Source: Octopus bimaculoides (lineage: Eukaryota). From it: a DNA stretch of 64,000 nt. Position 1 is the first letter of the stretch; every line of letters begins with the position of its first letter. Shown here in pieces: positions 1-11,393 of the stretch. The notes below the pieces were generated by a model. The model saw nothing but the letters and a program-made list of their open reading frames with translations. It searched no databases and was not told the DNA's origin. A program made the position numbers and the translations under genes. The stretch covers positions 14,994,107 to 15,058,106 of the forward strand of contig NC_068988.1 in the NCBI RefSeq assembly GCF_001194135.2, in the 5' to 3' direction.

Positions 1-725
1 TTGTCAACCAAATTCAGCAGAAGCTATGGCAGTAGATCCTAGCCCAAGGCTCCACAGTGTGAGTATGAACCCAAAACCATGTGGTTGAAAAGCAAATTTC
101 TTGCCACACATTCACACCTGTACACACACACACATTTCAAATTTACAGGAAACAAAAGACGAAGACATGTGAGGGAACAAGCATGTGTATTAGTTTAACA
201 CTTGGAAAAAATGGAAATATATATATGCACACACACACACAAAGACAGACAAATAAATATACATACATACACACACATGCGATAGGTTTCTGCAGTCTTT
301 GTGCATCAGATCTCACTAGGGACATCAGTCGATCCAAAGCAATGCAAGAAAACACTTGCCCAAGGTAAGCTACACAATAGGATTAAACTTAGAACCACAT
401 AGTACAGTTGTCAAATGAACTTAACTACACAGTAATACCAATTTATTACAGCTTTCATAGCATTAAACAGAAACAAGATGGTATCAAGAGATGTCTTATC
501 TTCTTTAGTTCATAGGTTTTAAAAGTAAAATAAAAAAAACCCAGTAGTTCAACCATTCTGCTCATATTTCTTCCATGACAGACCTATCTATAACTACCAT
601 ACATCAAAATGTTGAGCCTTATGAAAATGACAAAGATTGAAATATATGGCATATTGCTGTACTCAAAAAGACCCATCCACCACAATAGAACATAAAGTAA
701 GTGCCACATAAAGAGTGCTAATGAT

Positions 726-875
726 GGCGCCATGTAAAAAGGAGTGGGGCTGGTGCTATATTAAAAGCATTGGGGCTGGTTTCACGGGAAAAGCATTGGT
801 AATGGTGCCATGTAAAAAGGACTGGGGCTGGTGCCTTGTGAAAAGCACTGGTGATGGTACCATGTAAAAAGCATT
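726..875 (+). repeat. 26-bp minisatellite (about 6 units) within an RTE 3' UTR
   Basis: Units of the form GGTGCCATGTAAAAAG.A.TGG(GGCT/T.AT) start at 726, 752, 778, 804, 830 and 856. Confidence 0.75.
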
Positions 876-3815
876 CAATACACTCTGTGGAGTGGTTGGC
901 GATAGGAAGGGCATCCAGCTGTAGAAACCAAGCCAAAACAGACTGTGGAACTTTTATTCTATAGGTCACTTTTGCTGAACAATGAAGCTATAGGGATATA
1001 AACAAACCAACAGTTATCAAATGGAGTAGGGACCCAAACACACACACACACATGTATATATGGAACAAAATATAAATACCATCAGTTTGAAAATTACTTC
1101 ACAAACCCATGCAACCATGGAAACAGATGTTAGATGATGACGATGATGACACATGCTTGTGTATGGTAGTTATAATTACTTGTGTATATAGTGTGAGAAG
1201 TTTAATACAAAACATTTGGCTAAAAATAGCGCAGGGGAGGTGGGATTAGTACTATATTTTAATGTAAAAAAAAATAAAAGGTTAATACAAAATACAGTAC
1301 TGACTTTTAGATACAAAAAGTAGACATTGTTTTATATTTGAGATTGAATTATTCCCTAGTGAATTAGGGGGTCTCTTTCTCTTACATGAACCCTAGACTT
1401 CATAACACGAGAGCTTAACCCATTGGCATTCAGATTACTGCATCAAATGTAATGCTTATACATTCACATTATTTTGAATTAATCCTGCATTATCTCCTAT
1501 CTCTGAGATTTCAAGAATGTAATTGTTTATTTTTAGAATGACATTGTAGGGTAAGTGTGAGAGGCCAGATCTGGCCAGTCTGAACATAAATCAAGTAGAA
1601 TATTTGAGCCAGATATTGCTGGTTTAAATGCAAAAAAGTTAATCTGCTCTCCTAGGTGTATGAGCAACTGAGATTATAATATTTCCCACTGAATGGGAAT
1701 GAGATCCATTGCAGGATTAACTTCCCAATTATTGCTGGAACTCATATACAGTTGAGTGAACCAGAGCAATGTGAAACGAGGCGTTTCACTCAAAAACACA
1801 ATGCACTGCCCAGTCTGGGAATTGAAATCACAATCTCATGATTGTGAGTGCAACACCCTAGCCACTAAGCTATGTGCCTTCACAGTAAATAAAGTAGGTA
1901 TATGTTAAAAAAATGTGTTGTTTTAAGGTAATTTTTCTAATATTTTACCAAGGACCTTGCAGTATAAGAGACTGGATTTGAACCGTTAGCCTTTCAACTT
2001 ACAGGATAACCTTCACAGGAGTCAACTAACAAGCTTATCAAGCCAATGAAAGAGTCTCTTAGGGATTGCTTGACCTACAAGAAATAACAACTACATCTTC
2101 CTCAACTCACACCCCTACCATCTAATAATAATAATCCTTTCAACTATAAGCGCAAGGCCTGAAATTTGGGGGATGGGGACCAGTATTTTACTGGTACTCA
2201 ATTTATTGGCTCCAAAAGGATGAAAGGCAGTCAACTTTGGTGGAATCTAATAATAATAATAATCCTTCCTACTAAAGGCACAGAGCCTGAAATTTTTTGG
2301 GAGGAGACTAGTTGATTATATTGACCCCAGTGTTTCACTGGTACTTAATTTAACAACCTTGAAAGGATGAGAAGCAATGTCGACCTCAGTGGAATTTGAA
2401 CTCAGAACGTAAAGACAGATGGAATGTCATTAAGCATTTCACCTGGTGTGCTAACAATTCTGCCAGCCAGCTGCCTTAATAATAATAATAATAATAAAAA
2501 TAAAAGCCATCAAATAATGTAGGCCTAGAGACATGGTTTCAATAAAACCTGGAATGCTTCTTACAAGATCGGGTTACCTTGCATTGTTAGATGAATATAC
2601 AAAGCTTCATTATGTTGACTCATCAATTTTTAATAACCAGATGCTATTTTTACGAATCTTTCTTTCATATAAATATATCTTATTCTAATTTTGAATAGTT
2701 ATCATGGAACAAAATATAAATACCATTAGTTTTACTCTTTTACTTGTTTCAGTCATTTGACTATGGCCATGGACTTATTCTTTGGAAGCCTAGTACTTAT
2801 TCTATCGGTCTCTTTTGCCGAACCGCTAAATTACGGGGACATAAATACACCAGTATTGGTTGTCAAGCGATGTTGGGGGAACAAACATTATCATGCGCAT
2901 GCCATTACACATTATTGGAGCATCCAAATTCCGCAGCAGCATGATGGGCGCACCAGCCTGAAGATGGATTGGACGGTTTGACTGAAGCTGGTAAGCCAGA
3001 GAGTTGCATCAGGTTCCAATCTGATTTAGCATGGATTCTACAGCTGGATGCCCTTCCTAATGCCAACCACTCCAAGAGTGTAAATGGCTGCTTTTTACAT
3101 GCTAGTTACAGGACACTGGCATCGACCTAAACTGATTTCACTTGGCTTGACAGGTCTTCTCAAGCAGAACATATCTCCAAAGGTCTCGGTCACTTATCAC
3201 CTCAAAGAGGCCCAACATTTGAAGGGTGCTTTTTATGTGCCACCAGCATTGGCCACGACTACAATTTCACTTGGCCTGACAGGTCTTCGCAAGCATGGCA
3301 TATCACCAAAAGTTCTTAGTCACTTGTCATTGCCTCCACGAGGCCCAACGTTTGAAGATCATGTTTCACCACTTTGTCCCATGTCTTCCTGGATCTACAT
3401 CTTCTGCAGGTTCCCTCCACAGTTAGAGATCGGTACGCAATGCTCATTTATTTACCTTGTTTTGAATCAATTATGCATTATCCTGAAGCTTCAAAATTTC
3501 GATAATGTGATCGTTTATTTTTAGAATGATATTGTAGGATTGGTGTGAAAAGTCAGATATGGCTGGTATGGATAGTAAACAGGAAGATTAACTGGGCTAG
3601 ATATGACTGCTTTAAATACTAGAGCATAAAAGGAAGGAAACAAAAATGAAAATCAAAACACCTTGGTGTTCTCAAACGAAATCAAAAACAATATAAAACA
3701 AAGCTGTTATTTCTTTTAATGTAGGAAATGTAAATTTAATGATTTTAATTTAACAGATGTAAAAACAAAAAAAAAACATGTGCTGATGTGTTTGTAGGAT
3801 GGGGGGGGGATAAAG

Positions 3816-3900
3816 TTAAAACACTTTATCTAAATCATTGTCTTCTGTGTGGTAGAGTTCACTCAGTAACCGGTATACATAGGAGGGTGCATTTCCACCT
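3816..3900 (-). CDS. EIF2B2: EIF2B2 exon 13 (terminal)
   Basis: [27 protein letters not shown] then TAA. Confidence 0.96.
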
Positions 3901-4287
3901 CTGGAAATAGAAGAACACAATAAAGGATCAGTTAAAAAAGATTTAAAAAATACAAAATGTTCTTAAAAGTAATATCAAACATTGATGAGGATTTCTTCCA
4001 GGGCCACAAATGAAGTGGACAATACAAAAACTGAGATAAAGTGTGGGGATTTACACAGAATGAGATTATATATATATATATATATACTCTTTTACTTGTT
4101 TCAGTCATTTGATTGTGGCCATGCTGGAGTACCACCTTTAGTCGAGCAAATCGAGCCCAGGACATTCTTTGTAAGCCTAGTACTTATTCTATTGGTCTCT
4201 TTTACCGAACTGCTAAGTTACAGGGACGTAAGCACACCACCATCGGTTGACAAGCGATGTTGGCGGGACAAACACAGACACAAACAT

Positions 4288-4339
<52 letters not shown>

Positions 4340-7300
4340 GATGGACTTCTTTCAGTTTCCGTCTACTAAATCCACTCACAAGGCTTTGGTCGGCCTGAGG
4401 CTATAGTAGAAGGCACTTGCCCAAGGTGCCACACATTGGGACTGAACCTGGAATCATGTGGTTCGTAAGCAAGCTACTTACCACACAGCCACTCCTACAT
4501 ATATATATATATATGCATGTGTGTGTGTGTGTATATATATATATTCCCGAGTGTATATATATTCCCGAGCGTATATATATATTCCCGAGCGTCATACTAA
4601 TACATCCTTTTGTTATTTACACCACCTGTCCTCGTCTGTTGTTGTTTTTTCGTATATTCTCCTATATATAGAGAGAGATAGATAGATAGATAGACAGATA
4701 GATTTAATAAATAAAATTATGTAGAAAGTATACACAGTACACAATAAAACAAAGAGAAAAAGTATACATAGTATACAGCAGTAAAGGGGGGGAAAAAATG
4801 ATGAAGACGACGGTAATGAACTTACATGTTAGAAATAAACAAAGTAACAAGTTCTGGGGGAACATAGTCAAAGACAGGATTGCAGATCTGTACTTTAGAT
4901 ACAATGGCACTCTCAGAGAATTTTACAACATCATTGGGACTCACGAAGCGATTGAAAGCATCCTGAAAGCAAAGAAAGATTTATTCAGAGAATGGATTGC
5001 ATTTTCAAAAGAACAAGACAATGCAGTGTAAAACTATGGTTTTGAGTTCAATCCCACTGCAGGACACCTTGGGCAAATGTCTTCTACAAAAGTATATAAA
5101 TACATGAGTCTTCTTCTAGGTTTTGTCTACTGAATTTATTCACAGGATTTTGGTGGACTCTATTTTTTTTTAAGCCTGGTACTTATTCTATCAGTCTGTT
5201 GTGCTAAAACACTAAGTTACAGGGATGTAAACACACCAACACCAGTTGTCAAGCAATGTTGGGGGGGAGACAAAAACAGACACAAACACATACGATTGGA
5301 TTCTTTCAGTTTCTATGTATAGCCGAAGGCTAGAGAAGACACTCGCCCAATGTGTCCTGCAATGGGGTTGAACCCAAAACCATATGGTTGGGAAACAAAC
5401 TTCTTAACCACATAGCTGAATTTGTGAGTATATATGTGTGTGTAAGTGCCTGTATGTTTGTTTACATTTGTGCTTTACAAGCAATTATGTTGCTGTCAGT
5501 TCCCCTGTTAAAGAGGCAGCCACCAGCTTTGTGTTTTCAAAGACATGTGGAATAAAATATCCCTTACTAGAAAAGCAGGTAAGGGTTAGCAGCAGGAAGG
5601 ACATCCAGCTGTAAAATAAGGGTTTCAATAATATCTTCATCTAACCCATGCTAGCATGGAAAAGCAGACATAAAAGAAATGATGAAGAATGAACAAAATT
5701 TCAAAAGTGAAACCAGTTAAAGGATGAAAGGCAAAGTCGACCCCAGTGAAATAATAATAATAATGATGATGATCCTTTCTACTAAAGGTGCAAGGTCTGA
5801 AATTAGGGGGTGGGGCACTGGTCTATTACATCAACCTCAGTACTCAACTGGTTCTTATTTTATCGACCCCAAAATGATGAAAGGCAAAGTTGAACTCAGC
5901 AGAATTTGAACTCAGAACATACAACTCAAAGAAATGCTGTGAAGCATTTTGTCTGGCATGCTAATAGTTCAGCCTGCTCACTGCCTTGATGATGATGATG
6001 ATGATGATGATGATAACAATGGCTTCTAATTTAGGCATAAAGCCAGCAGCTTTGAGAAGCGGGAATTAGTTAATTATATAGACCCAAGACCTTGACTAGT
6101 ACTTTATTTCATCAAGATCTGAAAGGCTGAAAAACAAAGGTGATGTCAATGGGGTTTGAACTCAGAACGTGAAGAGCTTGAAGAAATACTGCAAAGCATT
6201 TCCTCCAATGCTTAAGCAATTCAGTCAATTCACTTCCCTAGCACAGAAACAAAGTAAGTTATCATAAAAAGAAAACTTAAGAAAAGAAGATAAACATTAT
6301 TTGCTTTGAAACTCCAATGACCTAAATCTGCCTAAACAACCCTTCAGCTTATCAGCTCCTGTCAAACTGTCCAACCCATGCCAGCAAGGAAAACAGACGT
6401 TAAATGATGATGATGATGACAACTGTTTAAAGATGAGATACAGAAAGAGAGAGACTGACAGTGATTACATAGCAATTATTTTCAAACACTTATTCAAATG
6501 ACACAGTATCATCATCATCGTTTAACGTCCGCTTTCCATGCTAGCATGGGTTGGACGATTTGACTAAAAAAGTATGTAGTATGAATAAGTATTCATAAAA
6601 GCATTTAATACACACCTGGTCATATGAACACAAGTACTGAGGAGATAGCTTGAACATTGCAGCAACTACAATCAGCTAAAACAAAAAAAAAAAATAAATA
6701 AATAATTAAATGAAAATCAACAAATGTATTTAGACATTGAGTGAAAGTATTTTAAGAAATCTGACACTAAGAAAAGAAAAGATATAATTCATTAAGTCCA
6801 AACAGCAAGACATTAGTAAACACCAAACTGGTTGAAGTTTCTATATCAAAGAAAATATGAAGCGTTCCAAAGACAAAAACAGGTTAACTCTTCTACAGCA
6901 AGACACCTTATTTACATTATTTACATTCAACGGATATTTGTCCTCGTCTTGTTTGTTGTTAACACAATGTTTCGGCTGATATACACTCCAGCCTTCTTCA
7001 GGTGTCTTGGGGAAATTTCGAACCTGGGTTCTCATTCCTAAGGTATTTTTCAATGTTATTATTATCATTACTGTTCAGGTCACTGTTTGGAATTGAACTT
7101 GGAATCTTGGGGTTAGTAGCCTGTGCTCTTAACCACTATGCCATATGCCCATAAGTTACTTAGTGACCTTGACAGTGCTGGTGCCACATAAAAAGCATCC
7201 AGTCCACACTGTAAAGTGGTTGGAGTTTGGAAGGGCATCCACTTGTAAAAAAATAAAAAAAGCCACGCCAAAACTGACCTCACCTGTGCTGGTGCCATTT

Positions 7301-8184
7301 AAAAAGTACTCAGTCCACTGTGGAGCGGAGTGGTTGGTGCTAGGAAGGGCATCCAGCCGTAAAAACCATGCCAAAACAAACAGCAAAGCACAGTGCAGTC
7401 TTCTGCCTAGGGAATTCCTTTCAAACCATCCAACCATGGAGGGTGGACATTGAATGATGGTGATGATTTACAGGTGATTGTGATGTGAAAGCAGCTACTT
7501 TCATCATCATTATCATCATCGTTTAATGTTCGCTTTCCATGCTGGCATGGGTTGGATGGTTTGACTGAGGACGGGCAAGCCAGTAGGCTGTACCAGGCTC
7601 CAATCTGATTGTACATGCATATTTTATTTATATATATATATATATATGCTTGTAAGGTAGTGAAGCTGTTTATAACTACCTGATGATGAGAAGAAAAGGA
7701 GCCCACACGCACTAACACCCATATATATATGGGTGTGCGTGGACTCATCGTCACATCATGAGATAATTATAGACAACCCTTACTGCCATACAAGCATATA
7801 TACATATACAAACATACATACAAAAAAATAGGTATAGACAGATAGATAGGAAGATATTTAATAAATCTAGCTCATCAATAAAATTGTGGAGGCGCAATGG
7901 CCCAGTGGTTAGGGCAGCGGACTCGCGGTCGGAGGATTGCGGTTTCGATTCCCAGACCAGGTGTTGTGAGTGTTTATTGAGTGAAAACACCTAAAGCTCC
8001 ATGAGGCTCCGGCAGGGGGTGGTGACGACCCCTGTTGTACTCTTTCGCCCCAACTTTCTTTCACTCTTTCTCCCTGTTTCTTGAGTAACACTGCGATGGA
8101 CTGGTGTCCTTTCCAGCAGCGGGGGAACACATACACTATAGAAACCGGGCCCATGAGCCTGGCTAGGCTTTAAAAGGGCATGAG

Positions 8185-8216
<32 letters not shown>

Positions 8217-8810
8217 AAATTAATAAAATTGGTTATCTCTTTTGTTCCCTATTTCTGTTGAAATACACTGCCTTTGTTTCAATTAAGTTTGAAAATAACA
8301 CACAAAATTTACTAAAATAACTTTGTCACAGGCAGTGTTAATTTAGATCACTTTAAAACCGGAAGTATTTATCAAAGCACCGGGGACAGTCTCATATAGA
8401 TTGATATCAAAAGGGCTAATTTATATACCATACGACATGAACATAGTTTTGTTATTCAGTATCTCAACAAACTTGTAGAGTGTCATCTTCATGTTTCAAT
8501 CTAAATTTAAGGTAAGAATAAATATATCACTCACTGGTACAGAATGATACTTGGCAGCTAGAGCAATACTGTGACTTCCTTGAACTGCTTTCAGCCTACA
8601 ATAGAAATAGCACAATGTTATGACTCACTATCTGAGATAAATCGTTGCTATTAAAATTCAAAATTTCAGGATTGTTAATAGGTGCTGGCATGGCTGTGTG
8701 GTAAAGGTTCAGTACCACTACTTGGTACCGTCATCAAGAGTCTTCTACTATAGCCCTAGATCAACCAGGGCTTTGTGAGTGGATTTGGTAGAAGTCTGCT
8801 ATATACATAC

Positions 8811-8851
<41 letters not shown>

Positions 8852-9073
8852 NNNNNNNNNNNNNNNNNNNNNNNNNNNNNNNNNNNNNNNNNNNNNNNNN
8901 NNNNNNNNNNNNNNNNNNNNNNNNNNNNNNNNNNNNNNNNNNNNNNNNNNNNNNNNNNNNNNNNNNNNNNNNNNNNNNNNNNNNNNNNNNNNNNNNNNNN
9001 NNNNNNNNNNNNNNNNNNNNNNNNNNNNNNNNNNNNNNNNNNNNNNNNNNNNNNNNNNNNNNNNNNNNNNNNN

Positions 9074-9105
<32 letters not shown>

Positions 9106-11300
9106 ATGGTCTCTTTCTCCAAGTGAAGGGAAGATTGTATTATGCATGTGCACAAACTTCGATGCTACATGGTAGTGAAACATGGGCCCTGAATGCAGAG
9201 GACATGCCAAGGCTAGAGAGGAACGAAGCTGGTATGCTCCACTGGATGTGCAATATCAGTGCGCATGTGTGATAGAGCACTGGTGTATTGAGAGAGAAGT
9301 TGGCCATAAGGGGAGTTATATGCAGTGTGCAAGAGAGGAGATTGCACTGGTTTGGTCATGTGATGCAGATGGATGAGGAGAGGTATATAAAGAAATGCTG
9401 ATCACTTAAAGTGGAGGGAAGTTGTGGAAGAGGGAAACCCAGGAAGACATGGGACAAAGTACTGAAGGACGATCTCAAAATGCTGAACCTTACAAAGGAG
9501 ATGATGGAGGAACAAGATATGTGGAGTATTGTAACCACTTTTTTGGTTCCCTTCTCAGCTGAGAGTCCTTTGTCTTGCAACCTACTTGGTCACTCTGCTG
9601 ATGTACATTAAAAGTTCCCATGCTGGTACCACATAAAAAGCACTCAGTAAACTCTGTAAAGTGGTTGGCATTAAGAAGGGCATCCAGTTGTAGAAACCAC
9701 ACCTAAACAGACAATTGGGGCCTGGTGCAGCCCTCCAGCTGGCCAGCTCCAGTCAAACCATCCAACCCATGCCAGCATGGAAAGCAGACATTAAATGATG
9801 ATGATGATGATGTTTCTGCACAGTTTCCATTTACTGAATTTAAGTCACAAGGCATTGGTCAACCCAACGTTATATTAGAACATACCTAAAGCGTCACACG
9901 GTGGGATTGAACCTAGAAGCACATGGTTTCAAAGCAAATGTCTTAACCACACAACCAAGTCTTTTATGTCTATTCAGCATAAACTGTTTCTGGCTCAAGA
10001 TTTGAATCACTTATTATAGCCATCAATGTTGTTGTTGTCACTATTGTAAAAGTTACTAGCTAACTTAATGTTAGACATGTGACCATTACTGCCCAACCAC
10101 TAAGGAAATTGTTAAATATGATGGATAAATAATCTGAAGTGTTTATCTAATTATATGTTAAGCACTTATAATTTATTGCTTACACACTCATTTTTTTTTT
10201 TTTTTCATACACTATTACACTGAGGACATCACAAATGCATATCTAAATAGTATTTGTATAACAAATTTAAGACTTTCTAAATATTATACAAAAGCAACAC
10301 TTCAGATGTTAGAAACTTCCAGAGATATGAAGTTAATGGTGGAACTTGAAATAAATAAAGCTGTAAGTAATACCGTGATGCTACTATTTAGAGATTTATT
10401 TCAGGTTCTATCTGAAAATGATTTACAAAGAGTAATCTATACTTAATTTGTGTTCATAATCATTGTGTATAATCCACACTTTATGTTAATAATAACGAAG
10501 GCATGCGGCTTAGTGGTTAGGGGTATTCAGATTACAATCATAAAGTCGTGAGTTCAATCCTTGGCGGTGTGTTGTGTTTTTGAGTGAGACACTTTATTTC
10601 ATGTTGCTCCAGGCCCATCAGTTATCAAAATTACACAACACTCTCACCTATATGTGAAACATCATCATTTTAGATCCACTTTCCACACCAGCATGGATTG
10701 TTCTGGTCTGAGTCGGATTTTATTCAGAGTTACTGCTTTCCCAGATAAGTCAGAAGACCACATCGCATTCACACATTTCCTTTCCTTTTTAATTTGGTTC
10801 CTATGGCTGAATACCTTTCCAAACATCAACCACTTTACAATATCCACTGGCTACACTTTTTTCATGGCACTAGTACAAGAGAGGTACTGTCATGTCACTG
10901 GAAACTACTAAAGGGTTTCTCAATCCTACACTTTACAGAGTGTACAGGGTACATTTTACCGCAGCACCAGGAAAAAACATACACACATACAGATACCAGT
11001 GTAAAAATGTCCAGCGTTCATTGTATATATATGTATATACATATATATATGTATATACATATATATATGTATATACATATATATATGTATATATATATTT
11101 ATATAAGGGCATTACTATATAATAACGCCTCATGCCATGAGGGACTCTAAGGTCAGACTACTATAAAAAAACACATTTTTACCAAATGCGAGGAAATGCA
11201 ACTTTCGGGAATAAATGATGAATTTTTCCCTTATGAGGTTTTTTTCACGCTAGCTACTTGATAAATTCTTGTAAAAGAATTCGTCCTATTATTGAATTTA

Positions 11301-11393
<93 letters not shown>

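Noticed and set aside
440-640. Possible plus-strand exons near the window start
   Set aside because: Poor acceptor context and no recognisable protein similarity.
726-875. Regularly spaced repeats suggesting a CRISPR array
   Set aside because: The units are contiguous with no unique spacers, the context is a eukaryotic LINE and there are no cas genes.
3977-4030. Minus-strand FVALEEIL resembling human eIF2B-beta FVAPEEVL (duplicated exon?)
   Set aside because: The true exon 12 already encodes this segment. The match is short, ends at a stop and has no compatible donor, so it is likely chance.
4798-5031. 77-aa plus-strand ORF (MMKTTVMNL...)
   Set aside because: Antisense shadow of EIF2B2 exon 12, with no independent evidence.
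7886-7960. tRNA gene candidates at SINE heads
   Set aside because: A and B boxes are present, but there is no complete cloverleaf or acceptor stem and each runs into a multi-copy SINE body.
8756-9210. Long ORFs in the track spanning N runs or microsatellites (poly-[13 protein letters not shown]), here and at other gaps
   Set aside because: Artefacts of gaps and dinucleotide repeats.
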